Assembly: GCF_009914755.1 (NCBI RefSeq)
Contig: NC_060926.1
Length of the DNA: 64,000 nucleotides
Direction: 5' to 3' (one strand)
Origin: the human T2T-CHM13v2.0 reference genome, Homo sapiens
Position 1 is the first letter of the stretch. Every line of letters starts with the position of its first letter. Made by a program: the position numbers and the translations under genes. Below the pieces are notes generated by a model, which was not told where the DNA came from, searched no databases, and worked only from the letters and a program-made list of their open reading frames with translations. Shown piece by piece: positions 30,642 through 43,669 of this stretch.

Positions 30642-33600
30642 CTGTAAAATATAAACGTAGAGAGAAAGTTTCCAGATTATTTCCAATAACAGTGGATTTT
30701 CACATCAATGACTCAGAAAATTTGACTAATGATGCAATAAACTGCAAAATCATTTTTCATAAACATTGCAAAGTCCATATAAATGACCAAATTACTCTCA
30801 TACAGATATTTCTACAACAATTGATATCATTTCAGCAATCTTGTATCTATGCACATCTGAATTAATCACTGTATGTCAACTCTGCATTTCATATAATAAA
30901 ATCTGAAATTTCTAACGGAAAGTAGAAATGATAGCAGCCCCCAGTGTTTCCGCCACTTGGCTTCTCTAAATATTCATTACTAAGAAATTTATTAGCCAGG
31001 AGAGGGCAGTACAAAACAAAGAGGAGAGGTAGTGGGGAGAAAAAAAAAACAAAAAAAAACAAAGGCTTTCTCTGGAAATAGAAGGTCAGCACATTTGAAC
31101 CCCTGTCCTATAAATTCACTCAATTCTCTGAACCCATTTTTATCAAGGCAACAAAATACAGTGGATAACCTCTACAACTCAAGCGCATGTTTTAAGGCTT
31201 TCAGAGCACAGTGATCTGTCAAACCAGGGAAGTGCCACCTTGAATAATACCCAAGTTTGCTGAACAGGGTCAAGCACTAGAGTAGACGCTGTCAGTTTGG
31301 AGCTCAGTGCTGCAGATATGTTTTCAGTATTAGCTGGATTCATTGGAGATCTGTCCTTGTTCTTCACGGTGTAATGATCTATCTGATACTCCAGTAGAGA
31401 AGTCAGTTTTTTCTGCTTACTCCTCTGGCTCAGGGTACTGCTAATGAACAGAATTATCAAAAGCTAATGATGATGGAAACTTAAAACTTACTTTTTCCAT
31501 GTCCACACCTGAAGTATAAAGTCCTGAAAGTCAAATAAGGGCTATTGCTTAGGGAAGGAGAAGTTACTGCTGAAGAAATTATGGGAGAATGTCGTGTTTG
31601 TCATTTTTATTTTTTTATGAGTAAAATTATCTGCTGCTTCAGTAGTTAGGTATTGAAGTTACCTGAATTTTTTAAGATAAAAAAATTTTAAGATAAAATA
31701 GTACACATACAAGTATTTTGAGAAAAGTGTTTCAAGTAGAAAAATTTAAGTAGAAAGTAGTAAGAAATCTGCGCAAGTTTTAATTTTCTCTAAGGTCGAC
31801 TGACAACAACCTAGATACATGGATTTTCTGCAGATTAGTTTATTTCATTTAATCCATCAGCTGCAGAGGAGAAAAAAGAAAAATTATGTACTCAATATGG
31901 CCTATTTCTCTTTATAAACCATAATTGCAAGCATCATTTTATCTTCATTTGTTGCCCTTTTAATACTTCCATTCTGAGTGATCTGCAGTTTCATTTTTAC
32001 CAACACTCCTCCCATCTGCCTCCTCTTTTTCTCCTCTTTCTTTTGCCCACATAAGCAAGCACACACATATCGGGTACACCCCAGGGCACCAATTCCAGAA
32101 TAGTTATCATCGCAAAGCTTCCTGTGGCCTTTCAACAGTTTTCTGAACATATTTTAGACACTAAAATCATCAAGTCATTTATGCAAGAAACATTGGCTCA
32201 TGGAGTGCAAAGCTCTGCTGTAAAATCCTGTCCACCAAAGCCAGTATTTATCATGTCAGGGCACTCTGACTACATGCAAATTACAGCAAATGAACACAGT
32301 ACCCATTTTCTTAAAACATAAAAGTGTTCTAATAGTTCCTCTGATTTGGGCTGATTTCATGAGTGGCCATAAATTCTTCGTATAAATTTCAGTCCTTTCA
32401 TTAGTTTCTCAGTTAATGTGGATGATTTACTGCCTTGTTCTGGGTCATCTATTTCCAGTCTGCTCTCTAATGTTCAGTCAAAAGCAGAGCTCTAGCCTAC
32501 ACTAATTCACAACCCTCTCTCCGGTGTACACGTATATATACAAGGGCCAATTTCCAGGGAATGTGTCAAGCAACTTGGAGACCTAAGGGCAAGATGGAGC
32601 TGCCTGCATCTTAAACAATCATCCCAGAAACCACACTCCCCAGTTGTGAATCTCACACCTCTGGGACATTAAAAATTCAAATTCTGTCTTCAGCTCAAAG
32701 TAAAAATAAGCAAAACTGGCCACTTACCTGATTACTTATCCCAGCTGCTAGGCTTATTTTCAATTTGGTTGATTCTAATTTGTTGTAAAGTGCTATAAAA
32801 CACCTTCATTTAACTGACATCACATAAAATTCAGGGTGATGCTAATTTCTTTTCCAGTAGCAATGCTCATTAAAAAGATGGGTGTCACTGTTTCCTCCCA
32901 TCTCCTGACTGTGCACCTGGATTTCAAAAATAAAAACGCTCCTTACCTGGAACGTGAGCTGAGAAGGAAGGGCTGGGTAGGGCTGGCTGTTGCTTTAGAG
33001 CTGCCTGAGCCTGTGCTGAGAACACTGACCTTTGTGTTGTAAGACACTCGAGTTTCTGGAAAATGTGGGACTTCTGAACCCTGCTTGCTCAGTAGCCACT
33101 GACTCATTTCAAATCCCTCTTGGTTTTCCCAAATAAAACTCATGCCCCTTGGTTTCTGCAGCAGACATTGTGCTATCTTCTTTGAACTAGTCCCTCCCTT
33201 CCCAGCCCACAATCTCTGCCATTTGGGCAAACAGGGACACCAATAATATGCACTGAGGCCCCCAGGGACTGTGGCCCTCAAGCCCTGTCACTAGGGCTTT
33301 ACCAACACTCCTCCCACCCGCCTGTCCCTACAGGGTATCTTTATGTGAACAGTTAATTTTTTTTCTATTTTTTTGTTTCTCTGTATCATACTTTAGGCTT
33401 GAATACCTGTCAGGGCTGGAAGTTTCTATTTACTTTTTTTTTGTTTTGGAGAACATTTGGCCTAAGGTATGATAAGTATTGTTCTTTATGAAACTGTAAC
33501 AATATCAGTAACAGCCACACGGAAAAGACGCTGATGCTCAGTACTTCCCTGAATCTAAACAGAAAGGGAAATAAGATCATCCTAGGGGTAATCCACTGGA

Positions 33601-33705
33601 GGCAAGGCAGCGGAGCCGACACTTTTTTGGCAAACTAAGTCAGGCATTCTCCAGACACTGTTTTCTGTATACATTCCTTGCACTATTCAAATTCTCCACA
33701 TTTTT

Positions 33706-34270
33706 TAAAATATAATTTCAACTTTTATTTCAGATTCAGGGGTTCATATGCGGGCTTTTTACCTAGGTGTATTGTGTGATGCTGAGGTTTGGGGTACGAC
33801 TGATCCTGTTACCCAAGTACTCAGCATAGTACTCAATACTTTTTCAACCTTGCCCCCCTCTCTTCTTCCCCCCTCAAGTAGGCCCTGGTGTCTGTTCCCT
33901 TCTTTGTATCCATGTGTACTCAATGTTTAGCTCTCACAAGTGAGAACATGCGGTATTTGGTTTTCTGTCCCTGTGTTAATTCACTTAGGATAACGGCCTC
34001 CAGCTGCATCCATGTCACTGCAAATGTCAAGATTTCGTTCTGTTTCATGGCTGTGTGGTTTTCCGTGCTGTATATGTACCACATTTTCTTTACCCAATCC
34101 ACTGTTGACAGGCACCTGGGTTGATTCGATATCTTTGCTATTGTGAATAGTGCTGTGATGCACATACTATGCGTGTGTCTTTTTGGTAGAGCAATTTATT
34201 TTCTTTTGGATACACACCAAGTCATGGGATTGCTGGGTTAAATACTAGTTCTGTTTTAAGTTATTTGAGA
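33706..34270 (-). mobile_element. 5'-truncated L1 (L1PB/L1MA-like) 3' end
   Basis: ORF 33920-34165 is the L1 ORF2 C-terminus (ALFTIAK..NQPRC..W.KKMWYIY...TWMQLEAVILSEL). TSD-like aaattctccacatttt / aaattattcacatttt. Confidence 0.9.
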
Positions 34271-34864
34271 AATTATTCACATTTTGACAGTTAGAAAAAT
34301 AAGTTATATTACTATTTACAGTCTACGTCTATATTCTGAGTAATCAGTCAAAAGATACACTTTTTCCTGAGATACCAGCTTATTTCACAACAACCCCATG
34401 TTCTGGTAACAGTGAGTTAATTCACTTAATTCTAGCTGTTTCCAAACACAAGCTATGGGGAAAAGAGAACCAGTGAACACGGAGTCTAATGTACTACTTC
34501 CAATAGTAAGAAATTTCTAACATTAGACAAAAGCATGGTCTTGGGTTACCTGACAAGGTGATGACTTCAAAATATTGTTTTATCCAAAGAGACACCCTGA
34601 ATAGATTGATGCAGAAAGGCAGCATGAGATTGCAAAGAAAGAGACAATCCAAGCTCTAAGTAAGGAGAAAAGGAGATGGTACGAGGGTAGGTTTCTTATG
34701 GATACTGCTAGAACACTAATATAAATTAAAATTTTATTTTAATTAGATTTCTTTGAAATCCAGCCACGCATACAGAAAACTTACTAACTCAGTTTGGGAC
34801 AAAATAAAAGATTCACCCCATTATTTTCCCTAAATCTCCAGGCTCTTATCTTCATGGGATGCAC

Positions 34865-36360
34865 TGTAGCACAGTGTATAAGAACCTGAATTCGTGAGCC
34901 AGGGTGCCGGGGTTCAAATCCTCCTCCTGCTCACAGCTGTGTGACCTTCCTGAACGAAGTTCACTTAGCCTCCTCTTTCTGCACAAGGCCATGCATTGGT
35001 CATTGGTGAAATGAAGATATTAATGGTGCCTCACTGATAGGGTTTGTTTTGAGGATTAATTCACACACATAAAGTGCTTAGAATAATGCTTGATGTATAG
35101 CAAGTGGTTAATAAATTATTCCTCTCTGCCCTGGACAATTGCAATATCTTATCTGGTTTACCTTGCCTTTGGTCTTACCTCCTCCGAGCCCTCTTTCTAA
35201 TACTCACCAGAGTTACTGGATAACCTAGATTGAGAATTGGAGTGTGTTACCTCCTTGAGCAATGCTGTTTAACTGTTCCCATCAACTTCGGGATAAAGTC
35301 CAAATTTTTAACATGGTCAGTGAGACCCTCCATGGTCTGGCCTCGGCCAACCGCTCCAGCTTATCTTTTGCCATTTCCTACCCTGAATCCTCCCAGGAAA
35401 GGTTCCATAACTCCATTCTCCTCCAGCTCTCTACCCCTACACTCTTATCATCGTGTACTGAAATAATCTGTCACATACCTGATTTCCCCACTAGATTCAA
35501 ACTCTGAAAACCCAGAAAAAATCTTATTCATCTCTGTAAAACATTCATCTTTGAAATATATCCACATACGCAGAAACGAATGACTTCTCACCACCTCCGC
35601 TGCTGCTCCCCAAGTGAGGCTACCACCAACTTGCCACTAGACTCGTCCAGTAGCCTGTGGTCTCACTGCTTCCACCCTGATCCCTCAATGGCCTAGACTT
35701 CACCCAGAGGGCAGGGGAGGCTTCTAACATGTAGGCAGACCATGTTACTTATCTATTCAAAACCCTCTGTTGGCCTTCCATCTCAGAGTAAAGCCATGGT
35801 CTCTACAATGGTCTACCAAACCCATCTGATCAGGCCTCCTGCTCCTTCTCTCCTCTTATCCCTCACCACTCTCTCCCTTGCTGCTCCTGCTCCAGCCACA
35901 CAGCCTCCATGCTGACCCTGGAGCATTCAGGGCAGGGGCTTGCCCAGAACCTCTGTACCTGCCATTCCCTCTCCCGGAAATGTTCTTCCTCCATGACTCC
36001 ATGACTGCCTCCCTCCCTTTCTTTCAGTTTCTGCTCAAATGTCCCTGGCTACCCTATTAACACCCCCACCATCCCGTCACTCTCTCGTTACCCAGAATTC
36101 TTCTTTCTCATAGCACTTATCACCACCTGATATGCTATATATATTTATACATTATTTCTGGATGCGGCCCTTTACCAACTCCACATACCCAGAAAATGAG
36201 CTCCAATGAATACAGGAACTGTTTTGTTCACTACTATGCTCCCAGTGCCTGACACAGACGGATATCAATCTGTGTTGAATACATGAATATATGGAAAAAT
36301 GAATCTTTGTGATATCAGTGCCCAGCACAATGTCTAGTACACCGTATTTGGTAAATATCC
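34865..36360 (+). mobile_element. MIR followed by L2 fragments
   Basis: MIR core at ~34865-35120 (ggggttcaaatcc...agctgtgtgacctt). L2 3' motifs to ~36360 (tagcacttatcaccacctga; cccagtgcctgacaca). Confidence 0.6.
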
Positions 36361-36527
36361 TCAAGGCCCTCTCCCCAGGCACAAGCTCACAAAAGTTTGC
36401 ATACAATTTAGAGGATTCTAAGACACTAAGAACCCCAAATTGAGACTCTCTGAAAGAAGAACTATTCCTGTTTTGGAAAGTTTCTACAAACGTTTGTCTC
36501 CTAAGCAATAATCCTATTCGTTTGCCC

Positions 36528-36946
36528 TGTTAAAGCAAAGTAAATACGGCCTGAGAAAGACTCCGTACTTCTATATTTGAGTCCTTGTGGATGAACTGCA
36601 ACCTAACTTAATAAGCAGACAAGATTGAAAACCTAACTTAGGAGTGTGCGCCTGTAACAAGCTCAATCTCAGCAGCCATACTTCAACCAGTCATACACTG
36701 CTGAGTGTTCAAACTGTGTTCAAATAAGGCAAATGCTGAGCTGTAGCCAATCCAGTTGTTTCTGTACCTCACTTCTGATTTCTATATGTTACTTTATTTT
36801 TTTTGTCCATAAATTTGTCTGACCATAAGGCACCCCTGGAGTCTCTCTAAATCTGCTGTGATTCTAGGAGCTGCCCAATTTGTGAATCATTCATTGCTCA
36901 ATTAAAGTCCTTTAAATTTAATTTGGCTGAAGTTTTTCTTTTGACA
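36528..36946 (+). mobile_element. MER57 (A1/B1-like) 5' LTR
   Basis: tgttaaagcaaagtaaatacggcctgagaaagactccgtacttctatatttgagtccttgtgg...ggctgaagtttttcttttgaca, with TG...CA termini and immediately followed by a PBS. Confidence 0.88.
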
Positions 36947-39900
36947 GATGGTGTCAGAAGTGGGATCTGAAGAAGAGCTTCTAATGACCCCCAGGAGCAC
37001 TGAGTGAACATGCAAGGTAACTGCAGGACCCACTTGTATCCACTAATCTCTCGGAGCGGCTGGAGATAGTGGGTAAGTACTCTCTCAGATTTTGGAGGTC
37101 CAGTGGATTTGTGTTTTGAGTTCTCTGAGTTTCTTTGAGCAAATTTCTGATCCAAACTGGGTTTGGAAGTCATGACACAAACTGGACTGGGTCTAGGAAT
37201 GGATTTAATCTGGTAACTAACTGGCCTGGATCCAGTTAGAGGCCTCTTACATCTGACTAGGTCAGAAAGAAACTGGTAGCAAATGATAATATTGTAGGGG
37301 TGTAAAATTTGGCTTTTAAAATTTTGTGGGGATTTTTGTGTTCTACCCCTTTGTTTCATTTTTCTTCTGCACGTAGGTAGGAAAAAAATTATTTGCTAAG
37401 TTAATCAAGGGAACCCAAGAGAAAAGCCAATATTTTAGGTAAAAATGAGATCCTTAATTTCTGAAAAACTGAGTTCCTTCATGCTTACACATTAGGTACA
37501 GAAAGCAGTAGAGTCTTACAGAAATGGCTCTTACTAAAGGTAACTTACTGCGGAATGTTCTGAATAAACAGCAATGCATGGAAGTGCATTTAAAAATGAA
37601 AAATTAAATCTGCTAATCTTTCAGCTTAGTTACTATCCCAATACAAAGGAAAAAGACTGCAGCACCAACTGGCTGACTTTGGATAAGTAATGGGGTACAT
37701 TTTACCTGAGTAAAGGAAGGGATAGGGTTAGAGGCCCTCCCCTCAGTAAAGTCTCTCTCAGTTAAAAATGGATTAAACAAGACAGGGCCCCACCAGGGGC
37801 AAGTTTGAGCCTTGCCAGTTCAATGCTGAGTGGCTGATGTCTGCGTTTTGTCTCATGTATTTTACTCTGGCCAGAACAAAAAATGTTAATTGGGTTACCC
37901 CATGCAACGCCTTGGGCAGCAACTTGCAAAATTGAGAGGCTTTTTGCCTGTGGTTGATGAAACAAACAAAAAAAAGATGATTTTCCTTTATGATGTGGCT
38001 TGGCCCCAGGGCTACAGTGTGGCAAGCAGGGTCACTAGGGCTGCTAAGGGAAAGGGAACCCAGAAGCCTGGCATGATGGCAAAAGGGTAAGAATTTCTTA
38101 CCAGTCAGACTCTGGCCTCTCTCTGTGCAAACTGGTTTAATGAGTGGTAAAAGTCACTGTTTATCTCTCTTGTAAAGTTTTAATTACCACAAGAAAAGAA
38201 TTCTGAGGCTGATCTTGAGCTATAGTAAATCTGGTGTATTTTGTGTGTCTTTCTGCATTGTTCTGCCATAAAGAGGGGTATCTTAGGATAAAACGTGTGC
38301 CTAGGACCTCATAAGCCTGCTGATGAAGACAGCCCAGCAAACTGGTCAGTTAGGTTCTTGGGAGCTTGATCTTGTAACCATGTGGCCTTGCTTTCTCTTT
38401 TCACAATGGCGGCCCGGGTTCAGGGTTCAATTCCTGGCTTCAGGAATGAGTACTTTCTGGCACCATAACTGTGTGGCCTTTACCATTTGTTAATTCTCTT
38501 CCCCTCCACGAACCATCTTAAATTTTCCTTTTTCTGAACACAGAAATATTGGCCATTTGGCTAGCCAGGGTTGGATAATAAAAGATTTAAAAGGACTTTT
38601 TGTAAAAAGGCGCTATAGTTGAAAGTCAGCTTAATAAAAAGTAGATATTAAAGCTTTAACAGCCTGGGACTCCTTGGGAAAAACAGGAGGTGCCAGAGAC
38701 CCCATTTGGAAAAAAAATCTGTTTTCCTCATGGAACCCCAGGAATTAGATATGGATAAATCTCCCTCAAAATCTAAGGCTCTGGTCTTTTTGGGATCCAA
38801 GATCTAGTATAAAAACAAGACCCTTAATTTTTGGGCAGCTGTTTTGCCTTCCAGCTGTGCCTGCTTATTAGGCCCTAGAAACTGCATGCTTTCCTGGCCC
38901 TGTTCTTCCAAGGACTCCACCCTAAAGCCAGTAATCCAATTTAAAAAATTAAAAACTGACAAATAAAAAATTTGTCTGTGTAGTTATATGTGTTATGTGT
39001 GTAATGTTTATATAAAAGAGCTCTAATTAATTGGCTTCCAGAAAAATAAGTGCTTAAATATTTTGTCAGAAAAGCAAAAACTGTAATGTCTTAGTCCATG
39101 TAACTTTAGTAATCTTTGGGAAATAAAAACAGCTTTAAAGATTATTGGTAAAATAAAGACATTTGGACTAAATTAGGCAGGTCAGATATTAGGTTTGCTA
39201 AATGCTTTAAGGTCATAAACTGCTTCTTAGGCTTTTGAAAATTGTTCAGTTTACCTATTTTGGAGCATTAGATTCTAGATAAGGCCTGAGGACATTCAGA
39301 ATTAGCCATGCCCCCTAGCTATGCAAAGAAGGTTATAAAGAAAATGGATTTTATACCAGAAAGGATTTTGTATAGTAAATTCTTGTCCTAAAGTAAAATA
39401 ACTGGCTGTTTAAAAACAGGGATGTTCAGGACAAGTCAAGAAGTCCAAACATGGTCTGTGTAAGTCGTGAAAAGATTTGTGAAAGAAAATTTATGCATCA
39501 AAAGTAAATGTTGCTGAGTTACCATTATAACATATGATTGAGACTACTGAAAAAATGGTTTTACATGCAAGGTGTGTGAGGAGAATGAAATTCGTTTGTG
39601 GTAAAAGACTGTAAGATGGCATAGGAATGCAAATTTTTGCCTAATTTAGAGGGTGAAAGGATTGTTTTAAATTAAGTAAGAATAAGCTAAAGGTTTGAAC
39701 AGTTATGGAAGGTCTGCAAAAATTAATCATGTAAAAAAATTCTGTGTGTGAATATATTGACTAAATTTAAAGGTGTATTTTCCGTAAACTGAACATTGAA
39801 ATAAAAGCACAAACAGGATTTTCTTAAAGTACTAATATGCTCTTTAACAAAAATTTGTAAAGGGTTATAAAAGGTTTATGAGAATCTCACCTTATGGTTA

Positions 39901-41130
39901 AACTGATTAAGACTGGAAAGATTTGTCTATAAGGTTTTATTAAAAATTGGGGTGGACATTAATAATACACTAATGCAAGGATGAAATTTGGCTTTCTCTC
40001 TTAAACAAATTTTCATGTAATATTAAAAGATAATAAAAGATTTTTGTTTGTCTTTTGAATAAACTACTGACAAAAAAAGAAGGCAAAGAGACAGACTGTT
40101 TGAAAAGCTAAGTCTTCCCCCTATCAATGAGTAAAAGTTTTTGCCTTTAAAAATTTTTTGAGTCATCATTTTGGCTAAATGAATGACTTATGGTAACCTG
40201 GAATTCTATTTCATAATACCAAGTGTTTTAAACCTTAATATATTTGATAGCCTTTCCAAAATCAAATTTCAGCTTCAAAACGGTCTTTTCTGACCTCTAA
40301 CTTTGAGATGCTACAGAGGGCCCCTGAAGCATCTAAAAGAAAGGCAAGCAATTATTTAACATGTTTAGTTACATAGGAAGCATTGTCAAAAATTTAAAAA
40401 AAGTTTAATCTTCTTCAGGTTATATATTAGTGAATGATATTAATATATGTTCCAAAATTGTATGGGATTTCTAAAATTCTAATATGTCTGAGTATATGCT
40501 ATCAATCGTAATTATGGTTATTATGTTGTTATTGCAGACCACAGAAATAACTAAATTTGTCAACTGTGTTTTTAACTATAACTATTTAAAGTCATTTCCA
40601 CGGTTAAGTGCTTAATGCTCATGCAGTTTCTGAAAACTTCACAAGCATGCAAAATGCTAGAGTATAGTGTCTTTTAGGAGGTTCACAAAAGGATGGAAAG
40701 GACCCTAAAAGCACTCTTGAATACAGGTTTCTAATAACTTTAGAATCACATCATTCAAACTGGGTAAGAATTCCTGGAATTTTAATGAAAAGACTGACTG
40801 GGTTATAAAACTGCTAACTGAAGTAGAACAAAAATTGATTTTCATGCTAAATCAGCTGATATTGAAATTGTTTAGATATACAATTTGAATGAACTCCATG
40901 GTCTAAGTCAAATTACCTATGGTAACCCATCAGTTATCAGTGCTATGTACCTAATTTGGAGAAACAACTGGTATTCAAAAGTTAATATGTCTAATGTTAA
41001 TTAAGCATGGACTCATGGAGAACCATGATGGCCACCTTGTCCTTCCTGAGTCTTTAAAGCTTTTGTTATTAAAAGTTCTGCATTTTATGACTCATCATGG
41101 AAAAGACAAAATGCAAATAAATTACTCTTG
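36947..41130 (+). mobile_element. MER57-int-like non-autonomous ERV1 internal region, 3'-truncated
   Basis: AT-rich internal sequence after the PBS. It ends in a pol/integrase-like remnant (DGHLVLPESLKLLLLKVLHFMTHHGKDKM, ORF 40994-41176). No second MER57 LTR was seen. Confidence 0.75.
36949..36966 (+). promoter_or_regulatory. Retroviral primer-binding site, tRNA-Leu(CAA)
   Basis: TGGTGTCAGAAGTGGGAT is the reverse complement of the tRNA-Leu(CAA) 3' end (...AUCCCACUUCUGACACCA, from memory), 2 nt after the LTR. Confidence 0.85.
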
Positions 41131-41448
41131 GTTCACCTCAATTGAGTATTTGGTATCATATCCTAGGCAAACATGATTTCAAAGACTGACCATTTTCATT
41201 CAGTTTTTTTCAAGGATGAGAGTCTAGGCCACCCCAACCACATAACCCACTGAGACGAGCAGAGGAAATCTACAATAGAATGTAGATGATGGGGATGAGG
41301 AGTATCAGAGAGGCCTCAAGACCAGGTGTAAGGACTATAACTCACATTACTAACCTTCCCTCTTACAATTTCCCCCCAGGAAAAGAGATCAACCAATCCA
41401 GAAGAACCATTCTCAGGTGGATCCAAGTAGTGCAAAAGGTGGACTGTA

Positions 41449-41673
41449 GGCCGGGCACGGTGGCTCACGCCTGTAATCCTAGCACTTTGGGAGGCTGAGG
41501 TGGGCGGATCATGAGGTCAGGAGATCGAGACCATCCTGGCTAACACGGTGAAACCCCGTCTCTACTAAAACACAAAAAATCAGCCGGGCGTGGTGGTGGG
41601 TTCCTGTGGTCCCAGCTACTTGGGAGGCTTAGGCAGGAGAATGCCGCAAACCTGGGAGGCGGAGTTTGCAGTG
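41449..41673 (+). mobile_element. AluY-like element lacking its 3' end
   Basis: Diagnostic ctggctaacacggtg; stops abruptly at ...ttgcagtg with no poly(A). Confidence 0.85.
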
Positions 41674-41679
41674 CCATCT

Positions 41680-42025
41680 GCTGGCATTATTGGTGGCTGG
41701 TAACCATCAGTTTAGTTCTTCTTTGGGAATTCTCCATGACCGCAGAAAGCCGGCTTAGCCAAGGTCATGCCCTCTCTTCAAAGGACTGGTCATGATAGGA
41801 AAAAGGCCCCATCGCCTCAAGGCAGGACAACGCTAAGGGTCATCTCAGCTTCATTCCTCCCTTTGCTGAAGGAGGCATTTGCTGCAGTTCAAACACAATT
41901 ACTCTATCTGCCAAATTCTGCTTCCTTTATTCCCTCACAGATACTGATCTTAAAAGAACTCCTCAAAAAACTATCTGCATACAAATCTATGGCTCTCCAA
42001 ATTTTTCCTCGGAAACCCTAAGACT
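41680..42025 (+). mobile_element. Old ERVL LTR fragment (LTR16-like)
   Basis: The 3' motif ccctcacagatactgatc...ctgcatacaaatct...ggaaaccctaagac resembles LTR16 ends. Confidence 0.45.
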
Positions 42026-42196
42026 CTGCCTATAGGGAAGGACACAGTATAGTCACCTTAGAAGATATTTCTCATGATCAAATTTATAAAAGTGCAAATA
42101 ACAAAAGAAGTGAGTATACTACATGCAGTTTTCCTGGGATTTCACTTAGAAATAGAATTCTGGATAGTGAGAAAAAACAGTAGTTAGAAAAAATTC

Positions 42197-42861
42197 TAAA
42201 ACTGCCTTTCCAAAAATTATTAAGAGGGAGATCTGATCTAGTCAACCCCTCCTCTTGCCTTTAGCTTTCAAGCTGCCTTAATTTTTTCTGGGCTTAGGCC
42301 AGCTAACTTTGGAAGACAGTTAGGTTATATTAATAGTTTAAATGATAACAGGCCTTCTCAAAAGCTCAACCACCTTTGTAAAACTAATGAGAGACCACCA
42401 GGCTAGGGGGAGAAGAGGAGCCTGAATTCTGGTAAGGTGCAGAAATAAATGATTGCCAGCCATGCCTGTAGATAACATCACTACTGTAGGTTGGCCTTTT
42501 GAGATTTTCAGGTTTTTTGCATGTCTGACACCCATGGCTCCACCTGGACCCGCCAACCTCTGCTCCTATGGCCCCACTCAGAAGCAAGTGAGTTCAAGAG
42601 GACAACTTTGACCCCCTATGATTTTATCTCTGCCCCAACCAATCAGCAGCAAGCACCCATTTCTACCCAACCACATCCCTTCCTCCAAACTGTCTTTGAA
42701 AAACCCCTAGCCTACAAGCCTTCAGAGAGACTGGTCTGCATAATAACTCCTTCTCCTGTGTGGCATGGCCAGCCTCATGTCAATCAAACTATTTTTTTTT
42801 ACTGCAATGCTGTGGCCTTTATTTGTGCAGTGGGCAGGAAGAACCCATTGGGATGGTTACA
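42197..42861 (+). mobile_element. LTR8-family (LTR8A/B-like) solo LTR
   Basis: Starts taaaactgcctttccaaaaattat and ends gcaggaagaacccattgggatggttaca. TSD ATTC at 42193-42196 and 42862-42865. Confidence 0.82.
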
Positions 42862-43669
42862 ATTCTAGGAATGTTACAGGTACTATGGATATGCAGACTT
42901 TAAGACTAAAATGTCAAACAGTCTTGAGTATTAGTATTATTTACATATAGAAGGGATGTATGAGGAATAAAGAAAACATAGAAATACACCTGCCATTCTC
43001 CTTACAGTTCAGGTAAATTCCAGTTTATTAGTATTATTTGGTCCTAGTGCAAATGTCTGATTCGGTTTGGTGTAACAAAACTGGCTGATACTGGATCTGT
43101 CCTTTAAAATATTACCATAAAATTGGTATTTTGATCCTGAATTTCCTTTAATGTGTTTAAGGTACAGTTTTATGAACTAGCTGACAGTGTGGTAATGGGA
43201 AGTGTCCAATAATCATTATGTTATGGGAAGTGTCCAATAATCATTATGTGATTATTGCTCATTTTGAAAGCAATGAAATGGTGTAATCAATAAAACTGTA
43301 TCCTCATTTAGCTTACAGAGGTGATGTACTGGTAAGCTTATAGTTTAATTTCTCTTCAGAATGAGGATGAAGAAAGTAGAAATAACAATGCTGTATGGAA
43401 AATGGCTAAACTTGAAATAAAGTCATGTTTACCAGGAATACCCAGAATTCATCTGAGTTGAAGGTAAGAATTAATTTACTTGCTTCGGAAAAAAAAAAAA
43501 AAAACAAAGGGGATTGTTGAGTGGCAGCAACAGCTGTTGAAAAGTACTTTGTTTCTTTGAAAATGATTAAGAATTCTATAGGTGTCTTAACCAGAGGTTT
43601 TCAGTCTTGGAACCCTCTGAATTGTGGGCAAAACTTTGTGTGCACATTTCTGGGGAGAGGGTGTATGGC

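Noticed and set aside
32728-32916. 189-nt minus-strand cryptic exon with a CAG|GTAAGT donor
   Set aside because: Weak acceptor and an early in-frame stop; no support beyond motif matching.
36898-37359. 153-aa minus-strand ORF
   Set aside because: Antisense to the ERV leader/PBS region, with no gag-like or cellular motifs.
43195-43249. Perfect 28-bp tandem duplication (similar small ones at 1626, 28576, ~50660, ~55125) considered as CRISPR-like or functional arrays
   Set aside because: Only two copies with no spacers, in eukaryotic intronic or intergenic DNA; ordinary slippage duplications.
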